Shown here piece by piece: positions 21,992 to 32,932 of a stretch of 64,000 nt of DNA. The notes below the pieces were generated by a model. It was not told where the DNA came from, searched no databases, and worked only from the letters and a program-made list of their open reading frames with translations. Made by a program: the position numbers and the translations under genes. Each line of letters opens with the position of its first letter. Position 1 is the stretch's first letter. The stretch is from a virus (Duplodnaviria; Heunggongvirae; Uroviricota; Caudoviricetes). The stretch spans positions 26,830-90,829 of the IMG/VR virus record IMGVR_UViG_3300017991_000084; one strand, 5' to 3'.

Positions 21992-22561
21992 TCACTCAAA
22001 CGTGGCGTTGTACGCATCCAGCACCTTGGCCGCTTCCGCTCGATCTCTGAATCTCCCTTGGATATGAAACTCAAGCTTCGACGTCACCACACTATCATGC
22101 ACCGTACCATCAGCCCACAGATACTTATCCCCTGTAGTGATGTACGCATATGGATGATCCTGCAACACAGCTTCCTCAATAGTGAAGTTCAGCTTGGGAC
22201 GGTACATGGCAGGTGTGGCCTTCTTAAGTGCCGCACCCCTCTCTTCCCCAGCCAGCCACAACTTGACCTCTTCAGGAAAGTCAGCCCACTGGAATTGCTC
22301 CACGCCCGCGCTCTCCTCATGCACAATCACAGCCACCTTGAAAGGCTCACGCACGTACTCCGCTGGATACAGTGAACGGGGAACACGACGGTAATGAAGC
22401 TGCCCCACATAGACAAGGTATGCATATCGAAGCACATCCTCCACATCCTCACGAAACACCGTGATGATACGATACACATCCTCATAGCCCTCATGGGATC
22501 TGATCCACCCCTCCAACTCACGAAGACGGGAGTCGAATTTATCAACCGCCACCCACATCAC
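21992..22561 (-). CDS. hypothetical protein
   Basis: 189-aa minus ORF. Confidence 0.4.
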   Translation of the reverse strand: MMWVAVDKFDSRLRELEGWIRSHEGYEDVYRIITVFREDVEDVLRYAYLVYVGQLHYRRVPRSLYPAEYVREPFKVAVIVHEESAGVEQFQWADFPEEVKLWLAGEERGAALKKATPAMYRPKLNFTIEEAVLQDHPYAYITTGDKYLWADGTVHDSVVTSKLEFHIQGRFRDRAEAAKVLDAYNATFE

Positions 22562-22826
22562 TCATCCCCCTCAATCAGCTTGATGCCCATCAACAGAGCA
22601 CTCACTTCCTGGTAGGTATCCTTCACGATGATCTGACCACCTGGAAGCATCAACATGCATGCTGGCGTTCCAATTGGCTGACCATCTGGACCCTCGATCT
22701 CACTTGGAACTGTGTGAGGCATGATACCAATGAGCGCATCCAGATTGATCTTGGCCTTCCCCTCGATCACTGCCACCCGCTGCTGGTCCACCTGTCGCAT
22801 CTGAACTGTAACGAACTCATGTAATC

Positions 22827-23642
22827 TCATTTCTCTTCTCCTACAATCACTTCGGTTTCTTCCAAGTGCCTCTTCGTCTGCCAATAGAATGTCTCACAGT
22901 TCCGACAGTCCGCACACTTGGCCCCATCATATGTCCCACAGATTGTCACCAACCTGCCACCAAACTTCTTCATGTGCTGAGTACACTGCCTGATGTACTC
23001 TTGCGTTGGGCACCAGTACGAATTGATCGTGCGCTTCTTCCAGACGTATGCAAGATATCCCCACCTATCATCCAACTCTATGTGGAACCCATCTCCCTCC
23101 TTCTTCAGCCCAGGAGGATCTTGACTATAATACGCCATGAATGTGAGCACCACTGGAATGTCCTTCGCCGTCCAGCACGCCACCGCATGTTCAACCAGAT
23201 TCCAATTCGTAGGTGACACCCGTAGCCGCACGAACATGATCCGATCATAGTGCTGTTCCTTCTTTGGCATGAGCTGCTTTGTCTTGCCCCTCTTGTTGAC
23301 GATGGGACACCAAGCTGGCTCCTCCTCTTTCCCGTTCGCCGTGAACACCACAGGTCCAGGGAAGTCAAACTCAGGAATTGATGTGTTGAAGAACACATGC
23401 TTGTACTGCTTCGCCGTCTCCAGCACCAGCTCCTTCTGCACATTTGAATCATGTCCCGCATTCATACGCACAATCCCACCACCCACCTCTTTAGATGTGG
23501 GAATGTCAGGCTTGTCGATATCTGAATAGAAAGCTCCTGGGCGATTATAAAAACACTCCGGGCACCCATTCGGACACTTCCCAGTCTGCGGACGACATGA
23601 CCACAGCCTACTGCCATCTTGCTTCGGATTCTTCTCAGCCAT
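22827..23642 (-). CDS. hypothetical protein with a Cx3Cx2C radical-SAM-like cysteine motif (start moved to the ATG at 23642 behind GGAGGAAAG)
   Basis: CPNGCPECFY near the N-terminus; further Cys residues at the C-terminus. Confidence 0.4.
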   Translation of the reverse strand: MAEKNPKQDGSRLWSCRPQTGKCPNGCPECFYNRPGAFYSDIDKPDIPTSKEVGGGIVRMNAGHDSNVQKELVLETAKQYKHVFFNTSIPEFDFPGPVVFTANGKEEEPAWCPIVNKRGKTKQLMPKKEQHYDRIMFVRLRVSPTNWNLVEHAVACWTAKDIPVVLTFMAYYSQDPPGLKKEGDGFHIELDDRWGYLAYVWKKRTINSYWCPTQEYIRQCTQHMKKFGGRLVTICGTYDGAKCADCRNCETFYWQTKRHLEETEVIVGEEK

Positions 23643-24552
23643 TCTTCTTTCCTCCAGGAAGGAATGCTTCCGGTATCTCCGCACACACAAACCCACCTGC
23701 GCCCTTGTGACCGCCACCATCAAACTTCTTCGCCACCTCAGACACATCCACTCGCTCATCGGAGTACAGCCGTATTGTCACACCATTCCCATGTGGCACC
23801 ACCATGATGCAGATATCATAGTCCTTGATCCGATCACCAAAGAACAGAGAAGATCTCATCGTGGAGCAGTAAATGATGAAGCACTTGTGCCCTTCCCACT
23901 CCGTCTCAAATCCGAACTCATCACACGCAGTCTTCGCCAAGCTGTTCCGGAACTCCACACAGTTGCGACCAATCTGTATGATATCCTCTGCCACGTAGTC
24001 CGGATTCCGTTCAAAGCCCAGCAGATCCTCCCACACCATACTCGTAGGATCACAGTCAAACAAGTTCAGTCCTGTGGTGAAGTATGTAGAGGCCGGGTAG
24101 ATGGCGTGCGTCCATGTGTCATAATCACGAATGAGCTGCAATGCCTCTGGCATGTCATCAGCCACCTCTGGATACAGATGCTGCCACGTCAGGGAGCAAC
24201 CAGAGTCTGGACCATCACACTTAACCACAGCTGTGTACTCACCCACATACTCCTTCATCTTCCCAGGAGTAGATGCATGGTGATCGATCAAGGTCACGTC
24301 CTTGGTGACACTCAGGATCTTGTTCATGATCTCTGGAGGAAGACTGTAGTCCACGATGAACACAGTCTCATTCGGCAACACATCGCGGAAGTCATGGGTG
24401 TGGTAGTTCAGCTCCACGAAGTCCATCTTCCCTGTGCCATCCTTCACCCACAGTTGGTCCGCAGCCTCGTAACGGATTCGCACGATTGCAGCTGCACATC
24501 TACCATCAGGATCATTGTGATGAAATACAATCATTATCTCGCCCCCAACCAT
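23635..24552 (-). CDS. DHH-family phosphoesterase (NrnA-like nanoRNase / pAp phosphatase)
   Basis: DHH motifs FHHNDPDG and IDHH; DHHA1 GGGHKGAGG. Confidence 0.7.
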   Translation of the reverse strand: MVGGEIMIVFHHNDPDGRCAAAIVRIRYEAADQLWVKDGTGKMDFVELNYHTHDFRDVLPNETVFIVDYSLPPEIMNKILSVTKDVTLIDHHASTPGKMKEYVGEYTAVVKCDGPDSGCSLTWQHLYPEVADDMPEALQLIRDYDTWTHAIYPASTYFTTGLNLFDCDPTSMVWEDLLGFERNPDYVAEDIIQIGRNCVEFRNSLAKTACDEFGFETEWEGHKCFIIYCSTMRSSLFFGDRIKDYDICIMVVPHGNGVTIRLYSDERVDVSEVAKKFDGGGHKGAGGFVCAEIPEAFLPGGKKNG

Positions 24553-25184
24553 TTATCCAAATACGGAAGGAATGTCTCATGCATCCACACTCTCGTATCC
24601 TCCAATGTCTTATCTCGATTGTCCAACATCAAGTCAAACTGTCGCTCGTCTGCCAGAATGGGGAAGTACATCCCATCATCTATGTTCCTCAATCCATTCT
24701 CCACCATGTACGTCTGCACATGATCCAGCGCCGTCTCACTCGCATGCTGATCAACTCCCGCAAACGGAGCCCGCATCAATCGAATCACGAACCCGTCCAT
24801 ATCCTGCACAGCCTTCAACTCATTGGGGAACCGCACATCCGGCACGAAGATCACATCCGCATCCGACTCTGCTACCTGTCGCTTCCACGCATTGATCCAA
24901 CAGTCTTCCCACAAGCCACGGAACCAGTCGGTCCCAATCACCTGAAGCACCTGCCGAATAGTCTGACCACAAGGGAGCATCCGGTTCTTTGTCTCATCTG
25001 ACTCCAGATCTGCAATCGTCAATTCCCACTCCCACGGCGTAAAGCAATCAATGACCGTGCGCTTCAGCTCATCGGCCATTCGGATAACTTGGACGTCACC
25101 CATCTCTGGTCCGAGCATGTCCAAGAATGTACTCTTGCCACCCTGCTTCTTTGCGGAAGCGCCTAACACAAAAGGTCCACTCAT
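24534..25184 (-). CDS. deoxynucleoside monophosphate kinase (T4 gp1-like)
   Basis: P-loop GASAKKQGGKST; RQVLQVIGTDWF and FVPDVRFPNE resemble T4 dNMP kinase. Confidence 0.6.
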   Translation of the reverse strand: MSGPFVLGASAKKQGGKSTFLDMLGPEMGDVQVIRMADELKRTVIDCFTPWEWELTIADLESDETKNRMLPCGQTIRQVLQVIGTDWFRGLWEDCWINAWKRQVAESDADVIFVPDVRFPNELKAVQDMDGFVIRLMRAPFAGVDQHASETALDHVQTYMVENGLRNIDDGMYFPILADERQFDLMLDNRDKTLEDTRVWMHETFLPYLDKWLGAR

Positions 25185-25435
25185 TCTTCTCCTCCTCCAA
25201 CATCCTTCCGAGTTTTCTCTGCCTTCTTCGCCTCTTTGTATCCCTTACTTCGGTAGTCTGTCTGATAGAAGCCAGATCCCTTGAACAGGATACCAGCCCC
25301 AGCTCCGATCAACCGCACCAACTTATGCTTCCGGCAACACGGACACACCTTCTTCGACTTATCCTTTATGCTCTGGAACAACTCAAAGCGAAACTCACAA
25401 TTCGTACACTTGTAATCATAGGTCGGCATTTGCAA
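25181..25435 (-). CDS. FmdB-family zinc-ribbon protein
   Basis: MPTYDYKCTNCEFRFE...CPCC. Confidence 0.6.
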   Translation of the reverse strand: MQMPTYDYKCTNCEFRFELFQSIKDKSKKVCPCCRKHKLVRLIGAGAGILFKGSGFYQTDYRSKGYKEAKKAEKTRKDVGGGEE

Positions 25436-26012
25436 ATCCCCTCACGGCCATGTCCTGACGCAATGTCTTGAGTAGCTTCTCTTCCCAATGCACGATCCCA
25501 TGCAGTGTCTTCCCGTAGTGCTCAGCCAGCTCCCGAACAGAAATCTCATCCACGAACCTATGATACAAGAAGTAGAAGTCTTCACGTGTAATGACACCAG
25601 TACTAATCAGATGGTTAAAAAGCTCACGCACTTCCACCTGACAATGCATGGGAGCATCAGAAACACTCTCCTCACCATATAATATACGACGTTGGGTGGA
25701 GAATCGTCTCCTAGATTCTCGAAATTTTTTGCCAATTTCAGATTTCACATAGGCAACCACCCGCATGCGAATCTCATCATCGTCATAACCCTCAGGGAGA
25801 GTCCCCAATGCTCGAATCAATCCGATAATCCCAATCTGATACAGATCATCAAATTCCAAGTCCACCACTCCTTGGTAGCTCCTCAGCATGTGGTGAACCA
25901 CACCCAACACCACACCATCTAACAGTGTCACCACATCATCCAGCGCCTCAGAAGAATGACTTTCCTGATACACATGCACGGTCTCTTCCAAGTTGTCCAT
26001 CGCCGTTGCCAT
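25416..26012 (-). CDS. phage RNA polymerase sigma factor (sigma-70 family, regions 2 and 4)
   Basis: Region 2-like DLYQIGIIGLIRAL; region 4 HTH ISVRELAEHYG. Confidence 0.55.
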   Translation of the reverse strand: MATAMDNLEETVHVYQESHSSEALDDVVTLLDGVVLGVVHHMLRSYQGVVDLEFDDLYQIGIIGLIRALGTLPEGYDDDEIRMRVVAYVKSEIGKKFRESRRRFSTQRRILYGEESVSDAPMHCQVEVRELFNHLISTGVITREDFYFLYHRFVDEISVRELAEHYGKTLHGIVHWEEKLLKTLRQDMAVRGFANADL

Positions 26013-28021
26013 TAGTACGTCCTCCGATGTAAGCCTTTCATTTTCTGTAACAATTTTTCATATGAACTCATGTCCTCAGGAGACATCGTTGACGGTGCGT
26101 CATCCTTTGGACCATTGAATCGTTTCACATCCAGCAATCCCAAATCATTTTCGATCACTGGAACAATCGGCTTCATCTTCTCAAGGATGGCCGACATTAC
26201 TTCTACGTCCGGAGGCTCCTCTGTGTTCTTGATTGCTGAAATTACTGACCCAGCCACAGCATCTGCACAGTCCTTCGAACCACGTAGCACCACCTGCCTT
26301 TGACTACCATCCTTCAGCGTCTCTATCTCTGGCACCTCTTCTGGGTGATCGATCCGATTCTTGACCTGATCATCTTCCAAGTGCTTCAACTCAAAGAACA
26401 AGTAAGGATGGAATGGTGTATGCCACCGCTGCTCAAACACCATGTTCCGAAACTCACGGTAGTACTGTGGGCTTGTGTCCATAGACAGATGGTCACAGTT
26501 CATGCCTGCACGCTCCAGGATCTGCTTCCCATCCTCAGTGCCCACTCGCAGGTCAAACGTACACAGGTGAATGTTGAACTTGTATATGTCTCTCAAGTCC
26601 AAAATGAACTGACGGATCTTATGCTGAGGAATCCTGTCCCCACCTCGTGCTTTGATCCTCAACACAAAGTCTGTCTCGACAACCGCCAACTTCTCCTTCT
26701 TGAATGTCCCATCGGGCAACTCACGATTACGTTCCGTCCAACCCTTCAGACACGACATGGCAATACCTGTCGCATCACCCTCACCAGAATACGAAAAGTC
26801 CTGGTGAATGAATCGAGGAATGTTGCGGGGAACTGTGATGCTTGTGAAGTCAATGAACTTCGTAAAGTCAATGTCATCATGAAGCCCAACCTTGATGGTA
26901 ATTGCCTTCACCGGATTCCTCACATCCCTGTCCATGCACACTGCGATACTACTCTCAGCTGGAAACAACTTGGTAGATCGGATGTGGGATGTAGAGATGC
27001 CCGCCACGTCTCTCAACGCTGTCACGATATTACGCTGGAACACATCCTTTTCTTCGATAGGAACGATGATCGTCTGGAAACCCTTCTCCCGAACTTCTTT
27101 CAACTGAGCACGAGTCTCAATGATCACCGGAGGATTGTACGGGTCCCCAATGCTGACCATGAATCCCTTACCACAATACTTCCTACCACGTCGCCCAGCC
27201 TGCGCCTCCCACTGTGGCATGTCCACCACACGGATCACAGGAGAACTCTGCATCTTCGCAATGAATGTGTTCAAGAATGACACCCTGTCCTGCTTCGATG
27301 CCACCAAGAAGAACCGCCCGCGACACTTCCCCTGGTAAACGAAACGACTCTTCAGACGCTCGTAGGCTGAGTCGAAGGCTTCAACCACACGCTTCTGGTG
27401 CTTCTCACTAGCCTCTGGATTGTCTACCTCATCCATCAACGCCGCGATGACGTCAAGACCCTGGACACCAAACCCTTTCATCAACGGAGATGCTACACGA
27501 AAATCGATATGTGGCAGACGAATGTATGGATTCTCCTTCGATCCCAACTTTGTTCCGATGTTCAGGAACCATGGAGACGACAGAAGGTACTCCTGCAACA
27601 GGCCGTACCCACGACTGTCTGACATACTCTTCGTCAAATTGAAAAAGACCACCGTCAGTTTACCCAGCTTCTGGGCTCCAAGGGCAGTCTGTGGATCTCG
27701 GTAACACAAGATTCGATAGATGACATAGCACAAGGCTAGGATGGCAGTACGAGTCTTACCAATACCAATGGCTCCAGTCAGAACATGAATGTACTTCTGG
27801 TCCCCATTGAACATCTGGCGCAGTTCCCAGCGCCATCTCGGCCACACCGTACAGTACCCTTCCGCATCATGCGTAATGCTCCCCATGTATCGTGGATCAT
27901 CAATGAACGTATCAATATCCACCGGCACTTCTCGATAGAGTCTGTGCATCAGAGCAGCCTTAGCCGCCTTCCTCTCCCTACGTGTTAGTCTTGTGATTCC
28001 CCTGATCTTCATCCGTATCAT
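26012..28021 (-). CDS. P-loop ATPase, terminase-large-subunit-like (uncertain)
   Basis: Walker A GAIGIGKTRT; Walker B IAALMDEVD; Asp-rich C-terminal nuclease-like domain; 669 aa. Confidence 0.4.
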   Translation of the reverse strand: MIRMKIRGITRLTRRERKAAKAALMHRLYREVPVDIDTFIDDPRYMGSITHDAEGYCTVWPRWRWELRQMFNGDQKYIHVLTGAIGIGKTRTAILALCYVIYRILCYRDPQTALGAQKLGKLTVVFFNLTKSMSDSRGYGLLQEYLLSSPWFLNIGTKLGSKENPYIRLPHIDFRVASPLMKGFGVQGLDVIAALMDEVDNPEASEKHQKRVVEAFDSAYERLKSRFVYQGKCRGRFFLVASKQDRVSFLNTFIAKMQSSPVIRVVDMPQWEAQAGRRGRKYCGKGFMVSIGDPYNPPVIIETRAQLKEVREKGFQTIIVPIEEKDVFQRNIVTALRDVAGISTSHIRSTKLFPAESSIAVCMDRDVRNPVKAITIKVGLHDDIDFTKFIDFTSITVPRNIPRFIHQDFSYSGEGDATGIAMSCLKGWTERNRELPDGTFKKEKLAVVETDFVLRIKARGGDRIPQHKIRQFILDLRDIYKFNIHLCTFDLRVGTEDGKQILERAGMNCDHLSMDTSPQYYREFRNMVFEQRWHTPFHPYLFFELKHLEDDQVKNRIDHPEEVPEIETLKDGSQRQVVLRGSKDCADAVAGSVISAIKNTEEPPDVEVMSAILEKMKPIVPVIENDLGLLDVKRFNGPKDDAPSTMSPEDMSSYEKLLQKMKGLHRRTY

Positions 28022-28700
28022 CCTCGAATTCCACCGTCAGCTCCAGATCACCATCCAACATCATCTGTGCATCACGTGGATCTAATGCGTCCAATTCCTT
28101 TTGTAAGTCTGGATCAATGCCATCTGGCTTCTGCGGAGCCCTAACACCATCCCCAGCTGGCAACGCCACAGGTTCCTGGCCGCTCACCAGCACCCCTTGA
28201 CCACTCCGCTTCTGAAGAAACCCCATACCCTCCAAGAACCGCATCGTTAGGTCCTGCTCTCGCTGAAGCTTATCAATCACCTTCAACTTCAACCGCTCCA
28301 TCTCCTTGTCCATCGTCTCCTTCGTATCACATTGCTGATCACACTTCAGACACAAAGGACGATCACTCTGAGGATGCGTTGTCACTGGTGCGCTGCAACA
28401 AATAGACACCGTCTTGATCGAACGATCATTGTACTCCTGAAGCTGCCTCGACAACTGATGCTGCACCTTTGCAGACTGAGCAATGAACTCCTGAGCAAAA
28501 TGGTAGCTCACCCATCTCAGATTATCCTGACGCACCTCACGTCGAAACTTCCGATAGACACGGATCACATACTGGTCCGACAGTCGCACCCCGAACTCAC
28601 GCTCATAGTCATCAATAGTATCCCGGATGACTCCCCGGTTCCTCAACAGCGCCAGTCGCAGCCGCTGTTCAACCTCAATCTTTTGTAGGTCACTGCCCAT
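27978..28700 (-). CDS. hypothetical protein (possible small terminase / DNA-binding partner)
   Basis: Immediately upstream of the ATPase; Cys cluster CLKCDQQCD. Confidence 0.3.
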   Translation of the reverse strand: MGSDLQKIEVEQRLRLALLRNRGVIRDTIDDYEREFGVRLSDQYVIRVYRKFRREVRQDNLRWVSYHFAQEFIAQSAKVQHQLSRQLQEYNDRSIKTVSICCSAPVTTHPQSDRPLCLKCDQQCDTKETMDKEMERLKLKVIDKLQREQDLTMRFLEGMGFLQKRSGQGVLVSGQEPVALPAGDGVRAPQKPDGIDPDLQKELDALDPRDAQMMLDGDLELTVEFEDDTDEDQGNHKTNT

Positions 28701-29646
28701 GAATCCTCCTTAACATACTATACGCTCTGGAGATAAAGATGTTCACAATGCCAGCCCATGAATGTCACGAAATCCACAGTACACAACCTTATGCATCTCT
28801 CCATCCAGACCCTCCATCAAGACATGCCATGGCACACTATGATCAAAATACACCCGACAGCCCGGAACCAATTCCGTTGGTGATGGGAACCACTTCATCT
28901 TCTTTGTTTTCTTGTCCTTGCCCCAATAGCCAGGACCAATAGACAGCAAGATCCCAGTCCCATCCTGATGCTCCTCACGGAACTGTTCAGGAATGTCCAG
29001 AATCCCCAACTCCCCAAACGTAGTCGGAGGAGGTGTAGGCCAAATGTACGCGATGTGCCTTGTAGCCTGCACGTGAAACTTCAGCTTACCTCTCTTCGTA
29101 TGAAACGGAGATTTGATCTTGGTTGCTGTACTCATAACTTGTCTCTCCATTCGTCTGTTGGCGTTCCGATCAAGGAGATCTTGTACACGGTTTCCTTCGG
29201 AGGCCACTCCAACTCTATGTCACAATTCAGCTTCATTGTCTCTGTGAGATTCACACCCATTGCCTCAGCACACTGGGTAGCCACGCACTCAGGATGACCA
29301 TAATAACCATCGTCATAAAGTGTGTTGAGAAAGCAATCTTCTAAATCCCGGAGCCTGGACCGCACTGTGCCCTGCCAATACAAACAACAATAACACTGAC
29401 GCTCCGACCACTCCGGATGCAATGCTTTCATCCTGCGCGCATGTGACCCAATGTCAAACCTCATCCACACCAAATGGAAAGGTTGATCCATACGAAATGC
29501 CGCTTCCAACTTTGGACACCTCGGAGGACACAGATCCTTCTTCCCATAGTTCGGACACCCTTTAGGATGATTGGGGTAAGGGAGCCTGCATAGTTCTCCA
29601 GGCTCCCGATCCAACATCACCAGTCTCACATCTTCTTTGAACCACA

Positions 29647-30339
29647 TCAGACAGTGGCCCTCACCTTCGCCACCTCTTGCTGTGTGGACGCATCCTGTGC
29701 TCTGCCCAAGCACGTCTTCATCAACTTGAGAATCTCATCCGTCTTCGTGGCTGCATCACCCTCCTTCGTTAGCAACGAAGTGATCTGATCCTTGCCCTTC
29801 ATGATCTTCTCAACCCCCGTCACCACCTGAGCAAACTGCTGATCCTTAATCCCCAACTCACCCTGAACTGACGCCACCGCCTTCTGGAAGTCTTCCTTCG
29901 TCATATCACCAGGACGCTTCCGGAACAATCCCAGTAAGCCTGTAAATGCGCCAAGCCCACTAGCAGTCAATATAGTAGAGAACGCACCTCCATCCGCAAA
30001 GAGAGCCTCCTCACGTTTCTGTGCATCCTCCAAATTCTTAGTGACAATTTCATTGAGATGATTGTAGCTAATGACCAGATTCTCAATCTCCTGCTTCAAC
30101 ACAGTATGCCGCACCTCATAGGCCATGTCCACGTATGAGTCCAACTTCAGTGCCTTGTGCAGATTAGCCCAGCCCTTAAACTCGTTTGGGTCTGCCACCC
30201 CTGACTCGACCACAAACTCCACAGCCTTCTTGTCAATCGATGCCGGTGTGATATACGCACTCATGCTCGCACATCCCACACCCACTGCTGCCGTGAGAGC
30301 TGACAACACCAACACCAATCCAATCAACAGTTTCTTCAT
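29647..30339 (-). CDS. secreted lipoprotein
   Basis: Signal peptide MKKLLIGLVLVLSALTAAVGVGC (lipobox). Confidence 0.5.
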   Translation of the reverse strand: MKKLLIGLVLVLSALTAAVGVGCASMSAYITPASIDKKAVEFVVESGVADPNEFKGWANLHKALKLDSYVDMAYEVRHTVLKQEIENLVISYNHLNEIVTKNLEDAQKREEALFADGGAFSTILTASGLGAFTGLLGLFRKRPGDMTKEDFQKAVASVQGELGIKDQQFAQVVTGVEKIMKGKDQITSLLTKEGDAATKTDEILKLMKTCLGRAQDASTQQEVAKVRATV

Positions 30340-30350
30340 TGCTCTTCCTC

Positions 30351-30992
30351 CTACTTTACCATAGTCACTGTAGCGGTTCCATCCGAACGTGTCACTCTGA
30401 ACGCCCGATCTGCCATCTCAATTATCTTGTTATCGTGTGTCACGATGATGAACTGGATTCCCAACAGCTCATGGAACTTCTTGATCATCTCCACGAACTG
30501 ATCGATCTTGTTCCGATCCAGATTCTTTCCTGGCTCATCCAGCAGCATCACTGGCCTTGTCCGATGCTCATGAATAGACCAGACCACCACACGCAAAACC
30601 ATGGAAATGAGATCCAGCATCCCACCACCGACAGCGTCTTCCTTTGTCGGCAACCGGATGCCATTCTCCACCACGAAGAACCTTGTCTCTGGCTGGTTCC
30701 GCACGATCTCCGTCTGAATCTCAAACACGTAGTCCGCACCGAACACCAACTGCAAAGCCTCCGTCACCATTCCCGCGATGTATCCCTCGAACTCCTCCTG
30801 CGCCAAGGTCCCTGTGATGTTCATAATCTCCTGAGCATCTGTCAAATCAGCCACCAGCTGAATCAGCTCTTCCACGGCCTCAGACTTCTCCTGAATCTTC
30901 CCCCTCAGGTGCTTGATCTCAGCCTTTGTGTCGGACAGTGCTTCCTCATATCGCTTGATCTGGCTCATCACTGCCTCTCGGAATATAGACAC
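30351..30992 (-). CDS. Rad50/SbcC ATPase, C-terminal half (descending coiled coil plus signature, Walker B and H-loop)
   Basis: AVGGGM signature-like, MLLDEPGKNLD Walker B/D-loop, IIVTHD H-loop. Confidence 0.6.
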   Translation of the reverse strand: MSIFREAVMSQIKRYEEALSDTKAEIKHLRGKIQEKSEAVEELIQLVADLTDAQEIMNITGTLAQEEFEGYIAGMVTEALQLVFGADYVFEIQTEIVRNQPETRFFVVENGIRLPTKEDAVGGGMLDLISMVLRVVVWSIHEHRTRPVMLLDEPGKNLDRNKIDQFVEMIKKFHELLGIQFIIVTHDNKIIEMADRAFRVTRSDGTATVTMVK

Positions 30993-31162
30993 GGATCACT
31001 GAATTCAAAGGAAGCTTCTTCGTTGGAAACACAGCTGGCTGTCGCAGAGACAACTTGCACTCATCGTCACCCTCACCATTGTAGGTGTGCCAGTAAGGCT
31101 GTCCCGTACTCTGATCTGTACACAAGATTGCATACCCAGCCAAAGACCAACGACCGTCAATG

Positions 31163-31432
31163 TCACGAACCTTCGCCGCTCTTTGCATCTTCTGCTGCCT
31201 GGAGGATCGCAGCCATCTCCCTATCCAACTCACGCATGGAATCTTCATTTGCATCCAACTCCTCATCAAGCTCATTCAGTTTCGTCTCTGCCTCCGCGAT
31301 GCTCTCCACTTCGAAGTCACTCTTCAAACTATCGAGCAACGCTTTCTTCTCCCCCTCACGACGAGTCTGATCCTTGAGCAGTTCATCAATCTGTGATCTC
31401 TTTCGTTTCAGACTACCAACAATGTCTGCCAT
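31163..31432 (-). CDS. coiled-coil protein
   Basis: 89 aa, heptad-rich; lies between the Mre11 gene and the Rad50 C-terminal half. Confidence 0.35.
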   Translation of the reverse strand: MADIVGSLKRKRSQIDELLKDQTRREGEKKALLDSLKSDFEVESIAEAETKLNELDEELDANEDSMRELDREMAAILQAAEDAKSGEGS

Positions 31433-31433
31433 C

Positions 31434-32345
31434 TCATCTCTCCAACTTCACTGTAGACTCTGCGATTACTCCTCGCACACGGTCCCCTGTCTTCCGTTGC
31501 TCCATTACGCGAAGCATGATGTTCTTCCATCCGATCTGTGTAGCCTTGCCCAATTGGAGCTTGCGAATGAATTCCTCCAACTCAAGAGGCTCATGCTTCT
31601 CCTTACGCTCCAGGTCCATGACCTTCTCGATGGGCTCACATGGGACAGGGATGATCTTGAACTTTCTCTCCTGCGTGTCAAACGAGTAGACCGCAGGCTC
31701 GTGTTCCATGTCTGCCTCCTTCAGTGTCTTTCTCATCATGACACCAGGATTCAGTATGACCCTGTTCCCCACTCCATCATCAAACCTGTAGTGATAGTCG
31801 CCACAGCACACCAGATCAAAGTCTGGATACTTCCGAAGAAACGACCGTGGACCCTGAAGCTCATGGCCTGGATACAACGGACGATCCCCAATCATACGAT
31901 GGGTCACCAAAACCTTGAACCTATCATCATCCACCACCTGCGGAATATCCTGACCAAAAGGAGCACCGTAAAACATCACATCCTCTTCTCCAAACCCAAC
32001 TGGATCAGCGCCCAACAGTCGCACCACACCAGCTGCTCGCAACACCTGTAATGGAGAATTCTGAATGGTGCTCGCCGCATGCGAAGAGAGATCATGCTGC
32101 CCATACACACAGAGAATCTCTCTGCCTGCCCACCGAATAGTATCTATTGCCATGGCCGTGACCCTATTCGACACCGCATACGAATCGAAGAAGTCACCCA
32201 CCTGAATGATCACATCACAATCTTTCAGCAGCTTCAGAGATCTATACAACTTGATGCGACATGTATCTAGATAGTCCGCATCCTGCCTTCGCTCCGGAGC
32301 CTTGCTATGAATATGTAGGTCGCCTAAGATCCCAAGCTTCATTGC
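31434..32345 (-). CDS. Mre11/SbcD-like nuclease (calcineurin-like phosphoesterase)
   Basis: MKLGILGDLHIH and GDFFD motifs; start trimmed to the ATG at 32345. Confidence 0.6.
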   Translation of the reverse strand, partial: AMKLGILGDLHIHSKAPERRQDADYLDTCRIKLYRSLKLLKDCDVIIQVGDFFDSYAVSNRVTAMAIDTIRWAGREILCVYGQHDLSSHAASTIQNSPLQVLRAAGVVRLLGADPVGFGEEDVMFYGAPFGQDIPQVVDDDRFKVLVTHRMIGDRPLYPGHELQGPRSFLRKYPDFDLVCCGDYHYRFDDGVGNRVILNPGVMMRKTLKEADMEHEPAVYSFDTQERKFKIIPVPCEPIEKVMDLERKEKHEPLELEEFIRKLQLGKATQIGWKNIMLRVMEQRKTGDRVRGVIAESTVKLER

Positions 32346-32932
32346 TTCACTCCGATGCGACCCTGAGTCGGCAACAACTGTCCGTGCTTCAATGCTGCTG
32401 CCAGATCCAAAGGCTTGTAAGCTGTATCCTCCAGCGCGAACAGCAAGTGCTTCGGAGTCAACACACGCAACAGTGGTGCTTCCCAATAGTGTGGAGAATT
32501 GTTGTGGAAGTGCCCATGCACATTGAAGTCCACATCACCGAATGAACTCTGCCCAATCTTGATCGGCTTGTGTGACAACAGCACACGGTAGTACCTGTTC
32601 ATCGGCTTCTTGATTCCCTTACGGTAGACTACGTTCACCACCGCACGATCCATGACCGCAATGAATCCATTGTCCAGATACCATGCAACCGGGAACTTAT
32701 CGTGATTCCCACGAATCAGGATCTTCGTCCCAGGCAGTCCCCGAATCAAACCAGAGAACTCACCCTTCTTGTAGAATCCAACATCACCCAGGTGATACAC
32801 CACATCCTCAGGCCCCACCATATTACTCCAGTTCCTCACGATCAGAGCAGTGAAATCCTCAGGACGACCACACAGCTCGGTCATCTTCGTGTGAAACAAG
32901 TGTGTATCTGAAATCACCCACGTCTTCATCAT
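32339..32932 (-). CDS. calcineurin-like metallophosphoesterase
   Basis: ISDTHLFH, HLGDVG and GNHD motifs. Confidence 0.55.
   Translation of the reverse strand: MMKTWVISDTHLFHTKMTELCGRPEDFTALIVRNWSNMVGPEDVVYHLGDVGFYKKGEFSGLIRGLPGTKILIRGNHDKFPVAWYLDNGFIAVMDRAVVNVVYRKGIKKPMNRYYRVLLSHKPIKIGQSSFGDVDFNVHGHFHNNSPHYWEAPLLRVLTPKHLLFALEDTAYKPLDLAAALKHGQLLPTQGRIGVKQ

Noticed and set aside
25416-26012. Possibility that the TATACT promoters are read by the phage sigma factor
   Set aside because: The -35/-10 geometry is sigma70 housekeeping-like (TTGACA/TATAAT variants with a 17-bp spacer). The phage sigma factor is therefore more likely to drive a different (late) promoter class not evident in this window.
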